58,885 nucleotides of DNA from a virus (Duplodnaviria; Caudoviricetes), in the IMG/VR virus record IMGVR_UViG_3300028840_003635, positions 1 to 58,885 of that record. One strand, given 5' to 3'. The position numbers were made by a program, and so were the translations under genes. Position 1 is the stretch's first letter. Each line of letters starts with the position of its first letter. Shown here piece by piece: positions 29,424-40,600 of the stretch. The notes below the pieces were generated by a model. The model did not search any database. It was not told the origin of the DNA and saw only the letters and a program-made list of their open reading frames with translations.

Positions 29424-29989
29424 TGCCTAGCATTTTAGATGCGGGATTTAATCAAAGGTTCCATCTAAACAGATATACGGATGTTATCTACAAGGGTGCA
29501 GTAGGGAATATATCTGTTCAGGTAGATCCGTTTGAAGAGGCAAGATTGCAGGTAACTTTAGATTCTGCTCAGACGGGAAGTTTAAGGCTGGTGGGATCTT
29601 CTACGGAGACGTTGACTTATGCAAATATTGAAGGTCAGATATCTAGCAACTACTTTACCACTATATCTAGTGTTGATAGTGTTTCAGGGTTGTCTGGTAA
29701 CATGACGATAAAGGCAATGATAGGTCAGGGAAGTCCTGTTAAAAATTTATTGTTTCAAACTTCTTTCAGGGGCTTTATGTTTCCTATAGATGAAAGTTAT
29801 AAATTAGAGAATCAGGGGTATGATAAGAGCTGGCAGGCAATACTTTATTGTTCTTCTGATGTGGATATACAGAGGATGGACAGAATAACAGATGAGGGTA
29901 ATCCAGATTCACCTGAGTATGAGGTGGTTGAGAAAATAACAAGTTCGTTAAGAGGATCTTCGGATCATTATAAAATTATTTTAAGGTAA
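29423..29989 (+). CDS. Putative head-closure protein
   Basis: Synteny; DIQRMDRI...YEV...HYKI pattern. Confidence 0.5.
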   Translation: MPSILDAGFNQRFHLNRYTDVIYKGAVGNISVQVDPFEEARLQVTLDSAQTGSLRLVGSSTETLTYANIEGQISSNYFTTISSVDSVSGLSGNMTIKAMIGQGSPVKNLLFQTSFRGFMFPIDESYKLENQGYDKSWQAILYCSSDVDIQRMDRITDEGNPDSPEYEVVEKITSSLRGSSDHYKIILR

Positions 29990-30001
29990 AAGGAGAAGAT
30001 A

Positions 30002-32509
30002 ATGAGTAAAAAGAAGAAGAACAGGGAGATGCCGATAATATCGTATGTAATGGTAACCTGTCAGGGTGGTTTGCCTGATACTATCAGGGCGATAAACTCT
30101 TTAAAGAAGAGCAATACGGTTCCCTATGAGCTTATAGTGGTCGATAACGGAACTTCTGATGCTACTACTGCATGGTTGAAGGGTAGCAAAATACAGTATG
30201 TTAAGATAAATAATCTTGTTTCTTACGGAGAGGCTTTAAATAAAGGTTTAAGGCAATGCAGGGGACAATTCATAGGTATATTGAATAATGATATTGTTGT
30301 TACTCCTAATTGGGAGTCTGCAATGCTGTTTGTTTTCAAACAGGCAGAGAAGGGCAGGCTTGTAGGAGTGGATAGGGTCGGAATAGTAGGTCCTATGTCT
30401 AACGCTGTAGGATATGATCAGTGTATTGATCAGAACTTCCTTGCAAAGGTTAATTATCAAAACAATGATGATGCGATCCACGAGTTTGGAGTTCGCTGGT
30501 TTAACCGGATGTGGAGCAGTCAGGAACCGGAGTTAAAGGATAAGTGCAAAAGGACTGGTTTTTTATCGGGCTTTTGTTGGATTATGAGCAGGGATTGTTA
30601 TAAAGGTGTAGGAGATTTTGCAGAGGATTTAACGCCAGGTGGCTTTGAGGATAACGACTATGTTCACAGGGCTGAACTTGCGGGATTTGCTTCTTATATA
30701 AGCCTTCCTTCTTTTGTTCATCACGAAGGTGGGTTGACCTTTAAAGCGTTGAACATGCCTGAAGCAAGACGTGGTATGGCTAACAGGATACCTTTTTATA
30801 ATAAATGGATGGAGAATGATAAATTAGAACAACAGCAAACAGAATGGGAAGATGGTGGCAAATCAGCAACGGTTTGGCAAAAACCTAAAAAACTTGTTGC
30901 AGGTTTAAGGGTAAAAAATGAAGAGAGGTTTTTGTATGAGTGCCTATCTAAGCTATCGGAAGTTGTCGATGAAATTGTTATATTTAACGATAATAGTACG
31001 GATAAAACGGTATCTATCGCAGAGTCCTTCAAGAAGGTTGTCAAGATACATCATTCAAACGAGACGACTTTTAATGAAGCGAGAGACAGAGAAAAGCTCT
31101 GGCAGTTGTGCAGGGAACAAAGTCCAGACTGGATATTGATAATAGACGGCGATGAAGTATTGGAGCCGAGAGTAACAAGAAAAGATTTTGACGAAATGAT
31201 GAACCCTAGAAATCCACAGGTATATTCATGGGTATTCAGGTATATAACTTTATGGGATTTGCCGGACAAGCAGAGAGTGGATGGGACTTTTAGCATGAGG
31301 TTTGGACCTAGACTTGCGAGAAATCTACCTAACTATCACATTACAAGCGATCATCCTATAGGATTGCACTGCGGAAGCGTTCCTGAATACCCTAAATATA
31401 ACGTGTTCTTTTCAAAGTTCAGGATATTACACTACGGCTATATGGACAAAGCTGACAGGGTAAAGAAGTACGAATGGTATGAAGCTAACGACACTGTGAA
31501 AGATCAAAGAGATGTAGGGGACGTTGACTATTCTTACTTGATGGATGATTTTGCTCAGATAATACCTTTCAACCCAGACTTAACTCTTGGTATGGTAACC
31601 TGCGTAAAAGATGAGATGAAGTTGCCTGAGGCTCATTTGGAAAGGTTTTTGAGCTTATATCACTATATTTTTGATGAGATTATCATTGTTGATACCGGAT
31701 CTACGGATAACAGTGTAGAGATAGCGGAGTATTACGGTGCTAAGGTTATTCATCACAAATGGGAAGACGATTTTGCAAAAGCCAGAAATGCAGGTCTGGA
31801 CCATTGCACAACTACTTATGTTATGCACGTAGATCCAGATGAAGGTTTTGGAGGGGACGCTATCAGGTTTCGCAGATGGATAGAGATGCCATGCCTTGCA
31901 TACAGGGTTCCGATAAGGCATCCAAAAGAAGGCTCCGAACCTATGCTAACGTGGAAATGCAGGATATTTAAAAACCTGAAAGAAATAAGATATCAGGATG
32001 CTGTACATGAGCAGATAGAAAGTTGTTTGAAAGATATTAAAGGGCATGGACCCATAATCCCTGTTGTTTATGATGAAAATCAGAGGTTTCAGGGAATCAT
32101 GCATTATGGTTTTCAGAAAGAAGATGGGTTTTTAACCAAAAAGATGGAGCATTACAGGGAAATTAACCAGAAGATGCTGGAGAAAGACCCCGAACATTAT
32201 TATGCTAACTATTCTCTTGCTTTACACTATGCAACGCATGGAGAAGAAGAGAAAGCGATGGAGTATCTTGATGTAGCTATGAAATCGAGACCTGGTTTTG
32301 CGAAAGCAAGGTATCAGGCTTGTTTTTCTCATGTAAGGCGTGGGATAAAAATTTTAGAAGAGGGTTTGCCATTTATGGTAGATAACCCTGAAGAGTATCA
32401 GAGGGCACAGCAGATAATAGCTGAATTAAGACAGTATGGTCCTAAATTGCCAATGATAGGCTATGCAAAAAACGATCCTAGAAGGAAAGAACTTGGATTA
32501 TCAGATTGA
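30002..32509 (+). CDS. Multi-domain glycosyltransferase: three GT2-like domains plus TPR
   Basis: LIVVDNGTSD/LNND/FEDND; KNEE...IIDGDE; IIIVDTGSTD...DDFAKARN...VDPDE; C-terminal TPR-like helices. Confidence 0.9.
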   Translation: MSKKKKNREMPIISYVMVTCQGGLPDTIRAINSLKKSNTVPYELIVVDNGTSDATTAWLKGSKIQYVKINNLVSYGEALNKGLRQCRGQFIGILNNDIVVTPNWESAMLFVFKQAEKGRLVGVDRVGIVGPMSNAVGYDQCIDQNFLAKVNYQNNDDAIHEFGVRWFNRMWSSQEPELKDKCKRTGFLSGFCWIMSRDCYKGVGDFAEDLTPGGFEDNDYVHRAELAGFASYISLPSFVHHEGGLTFKALNMPEARRGMANRIPFYNKWMENDKLEQQQTEWEDGGKSATVWQKPKKLVAGLRVKNEERFLYECLSKLSEVVDEIVIFNDNSTDKTVSIAESFKKVVKIHHSNETTFNEARDREKLWQLCREQSPDWILIIDGDEVLEPRVTRKDFDEMMNPRNPQVYSWVFRYITLWDLPDKQRVDGTFSMRFGPRLARNLPNYHITSDHPIGLHCGSVPEYPKYNVFFSKFRILHYGYMDKADRVKKYEWYEANDTVKDQRDVGDVDYSYLMDDFAQIIPFNPDLTLGMVTCVKDEMKLPEAHLERFLSLYHYIFDEIIIVDTGSTDNSVEIAEYYGAKVIHHKWEDDFAKARNAGLDHCTTTYVMHVDPDEGFGGDAIRFRRWIEMPCLAYRVPIRHPKEGSEPMLTWKCRIFKNLKEIRYQDAVHEQIESCLKDIKGHGPIIPVVYDENQRFQGIMHYGFQKEDGFLTKKMEHYREINQKMLEKDPEHYYANYSLALHYATHGEEEKAMEYLDVAMKSRPGFAKARYQACFSHVRRGIKILEEGLPFMVDNPEEYQRAQQIIAELRQYGPKLPMIGYAKNDPRRKELGLSD

Positions 32510-32927
32510 AGAGTTAATTAGAGACACACTGTATAATGATGCAACTATGCAGGGGTATGTTGATGACAGGATATATACAGATCATATATCTGATATAAAA
32601 CCTGATGATCTGGAATTTCCATGTATAACCATGCATTTTATAGGAGGAAGATGGATAGGAGAGGGCAATGAAACCTTTTCGTTTGACAGGATGGAACTTG
32701 AGATATCGACCGATAAGATGGTTGCTCCTAAAAAGCAGATTGATGAAATTTACGAAAGGATATTAACGCTTTTGGTGAAAGCGAGTACAATAGCGAACGA
32801 TAATTATATCATTCAACTATTTCCAGATGGGAAGCCTATGACACTATCATTTTATGATGAGAAGAAAAACAGGACGATTTACAAGAAAACAGTATTTTTT
32901 AACTTAGTGGATGAAGATATTCAATAG
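32463..32927 (+). CDS. Putative tail terminator/completion protein
   Basis: VDDRIY...FPCIT pattern; precedes the tail tube gene. Confidence 0.55.
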   Translation: MQKTILEGKNLDYQIEELIRDTLYNDATMQGYVDDRIYTDHISDIKPDDLEFPCITMHFIGGRWIGEGNETFSFDRMELEISTDKMVAPKKQIDEIYERILTLLVKASTIANDNYIIQLFPDGKPMTLSFYDEKKNRTIYKKTVFFNLVDEDIQ

Positions 32928-32944
32928 AGAGGTGGTGAAAACAA

Positions 32945-33523
32945 ATGGCTTATAACAGACAGACGTTAGAGGGCAGAAAAGTAAGTATTGGTATGGGGAA
33001 AATCTATGCAGCAGAGTGGGAAACTCCTACGGCAGACGGTGTAACTCCTAGTGATGAATTGGCTTTTGCTAATTCTGTAACTTTTAACCTAACAGCATCG
33101 CAGGTTGAGTTGTATAACGGAACTCCTGCACTACTTGAAGAGGTATTTGTTGGGAAAGAGGAAGGAAGCATAACCATTAACGTAGACGAGCATGATTACA
33201 GAGCATGGTGCAGGCAATATGCTACCGGTTTGTGTGATTCTTCAGACGAATCTTTTAGTGGTGGTGGTTTAATCCAGACCAACAAGAGTATGATCAAGTT
33301 TAGAAGTGAGTATAACGATGGGTCTTACAGGGATTGGTTTTTCTGGAGATGTGTTGGAGACGGAGTGCTTTCAGTACCTTATGAAAAGGGTGACGGAACG
33401 ACTCACAATACCGTTGACATGACCTTCAAACTTATGCATCAAACGGGAGAGACTACATGGGCAAGCGGAGTAGCACTTGCAGATGGAGAGCTTCTCTTTA
33501 AAACAGAATATACAGCAGCGTAA
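32945..33523 (+). CDS. Major tail tube protein
   Basis: Synteny, size, strong RBS, downstream hairpin at 33528-33553. Confidence 0.7.
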   Translation: MAYNRQTLEGRKVSIGMGKIYAAEWETPTADGVTPSDELAFANSVTFNLTASQVELYNGTPALLEEVFVGKEEGSITINVDEHDYRAWCRQYATGLCDSSDESFSGGGLIQTNKSMIKFRSEYNDGSYRDWFFWRCVGDGVLSVPYEKGDGTTHNTVDMTFKLMHQTGETTWASGVALADGELLFKTEYTAA

Positions 33524-33576
33524 TGTGATAGGGGTGGGGAAACTTGCCCCTATATAACAGGTAAAAGGAGAATATT

Positions 33577-34149
33577 TTGAATTTACAGGAAAGTGTTGAA
33601 AAGTCTAAGGTTTTTGTCTCTCCTGAAGAGAGGGAAATAACTCTTATGAGCGGAGAGAAGTTTAGATATTCTACAGATATGCCTATTGGCAGGTCGATGA
33701 AATCCTCAGCTTATGCAGTGGAGTGGTTAAAGTCCCATGACTTGACCTATGAAGATGTATTTGTGCAGGACGAGGAAGGTGGAGACGGCAAAGGGCTTGA
33801 TCTATTGAGAAAATTGCTGACAGAAGAGTGCGATAAAGAGGGAACCATAGAACCTTTGATCAAGTTAATGGGGAGCATTATCGGCAAGGATTCTACGTGG
33901 GTGTCGGAGAACATCAGAGAGGAGGATGCACTAGGTATAGTAGTCCCTTTTTTCTTATTGAAGCTGGGGTATACGATAAAGAAAATAACGACATGGAACA
34001 AGGCGATGGAAGAGATAATAAAGATGATTCCGGTTTCAGAAGGATCGGATACCGAGAAATCCTTGCCTGGTGTGTCAGATACGGAGGATGTTCCATCAGA
34101 GACGTTGACGAATACATCCTCAAGCACGTCTCAAAGCGAAAAATCTTAG
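33577..34149 (+). CDS. Tail assembly chaperone (G-like)
   Basis: Between tube and tape measure; contains slippery site C CCT TTT TTC at 33945-33954. Confidence 0.6.
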   Translation: MNLQESVEKSKVFVSPEEREITLMSGEKFRYSTDMPIGRSMKSSAYAVEWLKSHDLTYEDVFVQDEEGGDGKGLDLLRKLLTEECDKEGTIEPLIKLMGSIIGKDSTWVSENIREEDALGIVVPFFLLKLGYTIKKITTWNKAMEEIIKMIPVSEGSDTEKSLPGVSDTEDVPSETLTNTSSSTSQSEKS

Positions 34150-34313
34150 GGATAATGAAAGGAGTTGGAGTATTAAATTCGATAGAAGCGGAGATGATGG
34201 ACAGGGGTGAAAACAAAACTTCGGCTAAAAGACCTCCTCCGGAGTGGAGAAGGAAGTTAAGCAAGGAAGATGATGCTCATATAATGAGAGAAATTCAGGG
34301 ATTGAGAAGATAG
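33945..34313 (+). CDS. Predicted -1 frameshift extension (GT-like chaperone)
   Basis: Open -1 frame 33897..34313 overlaps the slippery heptamer. Confidence 0.5.
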   Translation, partial: PFFLIEAGVYDKENNDMEQGDGRDNKDDSGFRRIGYREILAWCVRYGGCSIRDVDEYILKHVSKRKILGIMKGVGVLNSIEAEMMDRGENKTSAKRPPPEWRRKLSKEDDAHIMREIQGLRR

Positions 34314-34793
34314 ATGCAGGGAGCAATACATTTTAAGATGTGGGTTGATAGGATCGAAAAATCTCTTTTAACTCAAGGGAAGGTAGTTATTTCTAAATAC
34401 ACTAATGAGTTACACAGAGGGGTTGTAAAAAACATTTCTATGAGTCCGCACTCCAAACTTGAGCTTATGCATCTAGATCATCCCTTTGCTAGAAGGCATG
34501 GAACAATACAGCCTCATGGGCACACTCCTTTATGGTCGGTTCATTTAAAAAAAGGCAGGGTTTTAAAAGGGTTGACGAAAAAGGGATATTTAGGGAAGAG
34601 GCATGTTAGGGGAATGGTAGGATGGTTATCTCCTAACAAAATAGTGAGATGGGTTATTAAAAAAGAGGGAACCCAAAAGATGATAGGACGTCCTGTATTG
34701 AGACTAACAGCAGAACAACTAAATATATACGAAAAAATGAGAACAGACTTAGAAAAAATGAAGCCTGTAAAGATGAAAGGAGGTGTAGCGTAA
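34314..34793 (+). CDS. Basic neck/tail-completion-like protein (HK97 gp10-like)
   Basis: EGTQKMIGRP C-terminal motif. Confidence 0.5.
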   Translation: MQGAIHFKMWVDRIEKSLLTQGKVVISKYTNELHRGVVKNISMSPHSKLELMHLDHPFARRHGTIQPHGHTPLWSVHLKKGRVLKGLTKKGYLGKRHVRGMVGWLSPNKIVRWVIKKEGTQKMIGRPVLRLTAEQLNIYEKMRTDLEKMKPVKMKGGVA

Positions 34794-37193
34794 ATGGCGG
34801 AAGGTGTACATTTTAGTGAATCGGGAGTTACTTATGACATAGGTCTAAGGTTTGTTAAAGCAGCAAATCTTGACAAGGGAATGAAGTGGGTTAAGGCTTT
34901 TGAGAGAGAAATTGAAAAACTTGGGAAAAAGGCTTCTTATGCTAAAGAAGAAATCGAAAAGTTGGACTACTATGCTTCTAATGAATACAAAAAGCTAAAA
35001 GACAAGGTTATAAAAATCGAAAAGGCAAAACACGCAGCTCTTTTAGCCGAAGTAAGAAAGTTTAATGCCGAGAACGATGCACTCCTTAGTGCTGCAAATG
35101 CAAAAATAGAATCAAGAATGGTAAAAAACGCAATAATTAGGAAAGCAAGGTATAAAAAACAAATTGCAGATACTATAGATCTTAGATCTAAAGAAGATGC
35201 GGAAATATTAAAATCCGAAGAGAAAAAGAAAAAAGCTGAAGAAAAATATCACGAGAATATAAATAGAATACGGGACGCAAACAGGATAAGGGAGTGGAGA
35301 AAAAAGAAAGCAGACTGGGCAAGGACGGAGGGTGGAACCAAAAAACATATATCAGCTAGGAAAAGGGAGTTACAGAATTTTGGGAGGTATGTACAACACT
35401 GGGCAGCAAGGGTGGCTCTTTTTGTAGGTGTTGGATTTGTAGCAAGGGGAATAAAGAATTTTACTTTCGGAATTATAGAACAGGCAAGGGAGATGGATCG
35501 GCTTGCCAAAATAACAGGTATAAATATAGAGGCTTTATCTGGGTTTAAGTATGCTGCGGAGGTAAACCTTATTACAGTGGATCAGTTTAAGGTAGCGGTT
35601 GACTTTTTAAATAAAGCGATGTATGAAGCAACAACACGTGGAGGGGATGCAAAGGAAGCATTTGAAAACTTAGGAATATCCGTAAAGGAGGTTAAAAACC
35701 TAAATACCGAACAAGCGTTCTATAGGGTTGCTGATGGAATGAAACAAACAACAAACGCAACCATAAAAGCTAATGCAGCACTTGCAATATTTGGACGTGG
35801 CGGTAGAAATATGCTTGCTATCACAGACAAGGGTTCTGAAGGGCTAAGAGAGTACCTTGCTGTTGCAGGCGAAATGGGAAATATCTTTACTCAAGAATTG
35901 GCTGACAACGCAAGAGAGCTAGGCAAGTCCATGAAGGCTGTAAGTGCTGGAGTAACTGGACTCGGAATGTCTTTTATGAAGGATTTTGCTCCGGCAATGA
36001 AAGACTATATAGATTTTTTGAGATATGACGTGATACCTATTCTAAAAACAGCAATGGAGTATCATATAAAAACTCAAAACGAACAAGTTTTGGACAACAT
36101 ATTAAAGAAAAGGAAAGAGCTTGAAAAGTTTGGAGCAAAAGCTGGAAGTACATTCCAAAATTTTTTAGGACTTGGTGAAATATGGGGGATGGCTGAAAAA
36201 CAGGCATACGAAGAACTGTTATTGCTGCTTGAGCAAGAGGGAATAATAACTAAAGAAAACTCAAAGTGGTATAAGGATAGAATGAAGGCGGCACAAGAAG
36301 CCAAAGAAAAAGAGAAAAAGAGGCTCGAAGAAAAGTTACGAAAAGAAAAAGAGTTTGCGAAATGGAAAGAAGAAACAGATGCAAAAATAGATAGCCAAGC
36401 AAAGTCTTTTTCAGACAAAGCTGTTGAAAGATATAGGATGCAAAAGGAGAGTTTGGATGGTTTAAACGAATCTCTAGAAAAAAATCTTGATCTAGAGCTA
36501 GAAAAAGATCCTGACAAGTTGCCTAGCTGGACTCCTCCAACGCCTGACCCTTCTACAATGGAAACGAGTAGAGAATACAGAGAAACAACGAACAACTACA
36601 AAGACCTAGCAAGCATGCTAGTAAGCATAGTAAGAGATGCTTTAAGCGATATGGAGGCTGCTTTCTCAGAATTTTTCTATGTTCAGATGGAGGCAGGGGT
36701 AAACTTTAAAGATGCATGGAAAGAACTCTGGGAGGATATGAAAAGGGCTGCATTAAAAGCTCTATCAGATATTATGGCAAAAGCAATTACTGTATCTCTT
36801 GTTTTACAAGCTTCTGGAGGAATGGCATCGTTCGATAAAGGAGGGTTTGTTCCTAAAGGACCAGGGTCTCTACCTAAAATACCCAAAGCTGAGAAGGGAA
36901 TGATAACAAGAGGAACGGGTCCTATTCCTGCAATATTGCATCCAAACGAAGTTGTGTTGCCTGCAAACTGGATAGGAGATTTTTTCAAGACAACGGCAGA
37001 GAGGATGTTTAAGGGAGTTCCTATGCCTAGTGGTGGTGGAGGAACCTCTATAAGTAATAGTAGCAGGTCTTATTCTCCGGTTATAAATGTTACGGTAAAT
37101 TCACCGGACTTGAATGATGATATACAGTTATTAAATATTGCCAGAAAGATAGGGGATAAATTAGAACAGGATCAAAGAAGGCGAGTGAATTAG
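34794..37193 (+). CDS. Tape measure protein
   Basis: Long helical protein; AFENLGIS, AIFGRGG and GGFVP...LHPNEVV motifs. Confidence 0.88.
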   Translation: MAEGVHFSESGVTYDIGLRFVKAANLDKGMKWVKAFEREIEKLGKKASYAKEEIEKLDYYASNEYKKLKDKVIKIEKAKHAALLAEVRKFNAENDALLSAANAKIESRMVKNAIIRKARYKKQIADTIDLRSKEDAEILKSEEKKKKAEEKYHENINRIRDANRIREWRKKKADWARTEGGTKKHISARKRELQNFGRYVQHWAARVALFVGVGFVARGIKNFTFGIIEQAREMDRLAKITGINIEALSGFKYAAEVNLITVDQFKVAVDFLNKAMYEATTRGGDAKEAFENLGISVKEVKNLNTEQAFYRVADGMKQTTNATIKANAALAIFGRGGRNMLAITDKGSEGLREYLAVAGEMGNIFTQELADNARELGKSMKAVSAGVTGLGMSFMKDFAPAMKDYIDFLRYDVIPILKTAMEYHIKTQNEQVLDNILKKRKELEKFGAKAGSTFQNFLGLGEIWGMAEKQAYEELLLLLEQEGIITKENSKWYKDRMKAAQEAKEKEKKRLEEKLRKEKEFAKWKEETDAKIDSQAKSFSDKAVERYRMQKESLDGLNESLEKNLDLELEKDPDKLPSWTPPTPDPSTMETSREYRETTNNYKDLASMLVSIVRDALSDMEAAFSEFFYVQMEAGVNFKDAWKELWEDMKRAALKALSDIMAKAITVSLVLQASGGMASFDKGGFVPKGPGSLPKIPKAEKGMITRGTGPIPAILHPNEVVLPANWIGDFFKTTAERMFKGVPMPSGGGGTSISNSSRSYSPVINVTVNSPDLNDDIQLLNIARKIGDKLEQDQRRRVN

Positions 37194-37194
37194 A

Positions 37195-37626
37195 ATGTTA
37201 AAAGCCAATAATGTAAAACTAACATGGTCTGACGGGGCATGTGAAATTCAGTTTAGTTATCAGCCTCATATAGATCAGTGGATGGAACATTTGCAGATAA
37301 ACCATTCTTTGACTCTTGGTGGTGATGCAGATTATCATCTCGGATATAAATATCATTGTATATTATCATGGAAGAGAGATAATTTCTTCAGGGGATCTCA
37401 GCTTGACGATCTAAGGGAGTTATTTAACACGCATGATGGTTTATGTATATACCCTGCACCTGATACACATCCTAATCAGCATTTTCTTGTTAAATGGGTA
37501 AACGATTTTGATTTTCATTTAAAGCAGGGTGCTATAGAAATGGGGTATAATGGAACTATCGAATTAAGGGGAGCGGAGGTGTTGTCAGAGATAGATGAAT
37601 ATTATCCTCTTGCCAATACTTTTTAA
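37195..37626 (+). CDS. Putative distal tail protein
   Basis: Synteny after the tape measure gene. Confidence 0.45.
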   Translation: MLKANNVKLTWSDGACEIQFSYQPHIDQWMEHLQINHSLTLGGDADYHLGYKYHCILSWKRDNFFRGSQLDDLRELFNTHDGLCIYPAPDTHPNQHFLVKWVNDFDFHLKQGAIEMGYNGTIELRGAEVLSEIDEYYPLANTF

Positions 37627-37628
37627 TC

Positions 37629-40600
37629 ATGTCCACGACAAAAACTTATAATTCCATAACAGACTGGAATGACACAGACGTTCATCTAACTGATATCAAT
37701 ATTGGTCCTCAAGGGGATGTTCCTCATGGTCAGGCTTCTATAAAGGGAGATCGATGGAGGCATAAAAGAATAGGTTATGCTGAAGCTCCTTACGGAAGAA
37801 TATTATCTGATGTAGAATCTGCTGCAATTCAGGCTCCGTATAAAGACAATACCGAGGCTTCCGGAGCAACGTATATTCATATATTAAGGACAAAAGGCTT
37901 TAATGATAACGAAACTATATATATTGAGGATCTTGATGGTAACGAAACAGCAACGATAGTAGCGGTTATAAGCAACCAGTCTTTGCAAATATCAGGGTCT
38001 TTGGATAACAGCTACAGCAGAGACAGGAATTATTTTGTTTCAACGATACAAGAAATACATATAGAGAAAACAGACGGATTTTATGCAGGCGATTATGTCG
38101 AGATAACACAACCTAAAGGTGGAAACAGGAGTGTTGTAAAGATATATGCCGTAGATCCTGATGGAGAGGATGATAACGAGACGGTATTACAGGTTTTACG
38201 GTTGCCTAAAGAATACAGGGAAGATGATATTGTTAGCGTAATTAACACAAGCAGTCAATGGTCGAGGGATGAAAAGAATCCTATTGTTATATTGCAGAGA
38301 AAGAACTGGTGGGATTATGCAGGGCAAAACATCAAAGCTCCAGAGATTCATTTAAGTGTAGATATTCAGGAAGATTCTGAAGAGAACATAATATCTGAAA
38401 AGCATGGGATGTGGATAGGGGCTGACAGAGAGGAAGATTCTTCTCAGATAGCAATGCTTTTATCCAAAGACAAGGATAATATATATAACTGGACTGATTT
38501 TTTAGGAGCGGGCAATCCTCAGAGACCTAATCCTATAGTAAGACATTCTCATTTTAAGGACAGGTTTGACCTTCAGAATTATGCAAATGCAACTGCAATG
38601 CGTAAGGTATGGAACACAGAGGATGTTACAATCAGCGTGGGGTTGTGTCAAGACGATCCTACTCCTGATACTGCATGGATGTATGCTGACTATACAGGGA
38701 GCGGTGAAGTATGGGGATTGATGCCAACACCGATAAATGCAGACATAACAACAAACTATAACAATGAGATAAGTTTTGCATACAAAGGTGATGCCAGTAA
38801 TACAGAGGGGACACTTGCAGTCAAGTTGCTTGCAGCAGATGGAACTTCAGAAGTTTATGATTTTGCTGATATAAATTTAAAAGAGTCTGGATGGACAACC
38901 CTGACAGCAGATATATCAGATTTTGCAGGGAGAAAATATTTAAGGGCGTTTGTTTTTCAAATTACAAGTGCAGGCAGTGGCACTGTTAATTTTGATGATA
39001 TCGTTCCTTTTATGCCTCCTAGGTGTGATGAAATTATCGAAGATCCTTCTGTTGTGCTAGGGACAGACGAGGGTTCTTTTGCAGCTTATTATACCGGAAG
39101 AGAAAGACCGAGACAAATATTAACAGCAAACGCAAGCCTTGATGGAAATAGTTCCGGAACTGTAACCGTAGGGAGCACTTCTGATTTTGATGTTGGTGAT
39201 ATTGTTGTTATGTATGACAGATCAGCTTATGAAATGGGAAGGGTAAGAACGGTAACAGACGCTACTCATTTAGTAGTAGAGCATATAGGATATACAGAAG
39301 ATACTACAGCAGAGTTTGAGAATGATTATGAGACCGCAGATCAGGCAATGATAGCAAATAATAGCTATCGGGTAAACAAGATTTACGGTTCTTTTGTGCT
39401 ATCTAAGTTTGAAGATAAAAGTCAGTGGGTTAAATATTCTACAAACGAAACACCGACAGCTATATTAGAACCTGAGACTGAAGGGACATGTTGGGATTCG
39501 TTATCTGTAAAACAGCCGAATGTTAAACTGTTTGGAAATCAGGTATACATGGCTTATGTTGGAGAGTGTAGCGATAATACCCCATCTATAGGCTTTGCCA
39601 GAAGCAGCGATTTTGTGAATTTTACTAAGCTAAGGGAAAACCCATATATAGAGCCGACAGCATCGAAGTTTGATTCTAATGGTTGTTTTCATCCTGACCT
39701 TAACGTAAGATCTCCGTTCACATTCTTAAATTATAGCGGTTATGACGGCACAAGATATAACATAGGAAGTGCAGTTCAAAATTACAGTTTTCATAACGGT
39801 AAATTGGATTTTCATGTAGCACTTCTGGTCTTTCCTTTATCTTGCGAGGGGTATCCTCCTGATAACGGATCTGTTCTTTTTGACATGGGCAACTTCAGGA
39901 TAGAGGTTGATAGCAGGAATTTAGTATCTGCACATGCTTATGTTGATGGAAGATGGATACGCACTAAAGATGAGGTTGATGCAGACATAAAGATGGAAAA
40001 TGCTTTCGGGACATTTCTCGAATGGGACAGATGGAACTTGGTTATAGGACAATTCGCAGGGAATAAACTTGGAATTGTGAACGTAAAAGCAGTACCAGAA
40101 GTATCCATACATGAATATTTTACTTACAGTCCATGGGTGTTAGATTCTGATGCTTCTGCAAATTCATCATCTGTTACCCTTTTGAGAAGGGATGCTACCA
40201 TTGATGATGTTGTAGCAGATCAGGATATTATGTTCTGGGGTTATGGGGTCGGAGATTACAGCAATCTTGTGGTTCATCAAATAGGAAGGATTGCGTCTGT
40301 AGTTGATAATGGGGATGACACTTATACCTGCAATTTGGAAAGACCTATAGGACCCTGGGGATTTGAATCTGATCCTTTGTTTGACGTTCCTCATAATCAA
40401 GGTGTATTGCTTGCTCAGGGAATATCTGGAACTTGCGATGATTTTTTTTCATGGGCACGTAATAACAGGGTTGAATATTTAACACCGTCTACTGATACAA
40501 ATAAGATATTTAATATAACCAGAGTGCTTGGCAAGGGTGGTATTGACAAATACGGGAACGAAGCTCTTGAAAAAACAGTTGGTGGCGAGGGAGAGACAAT

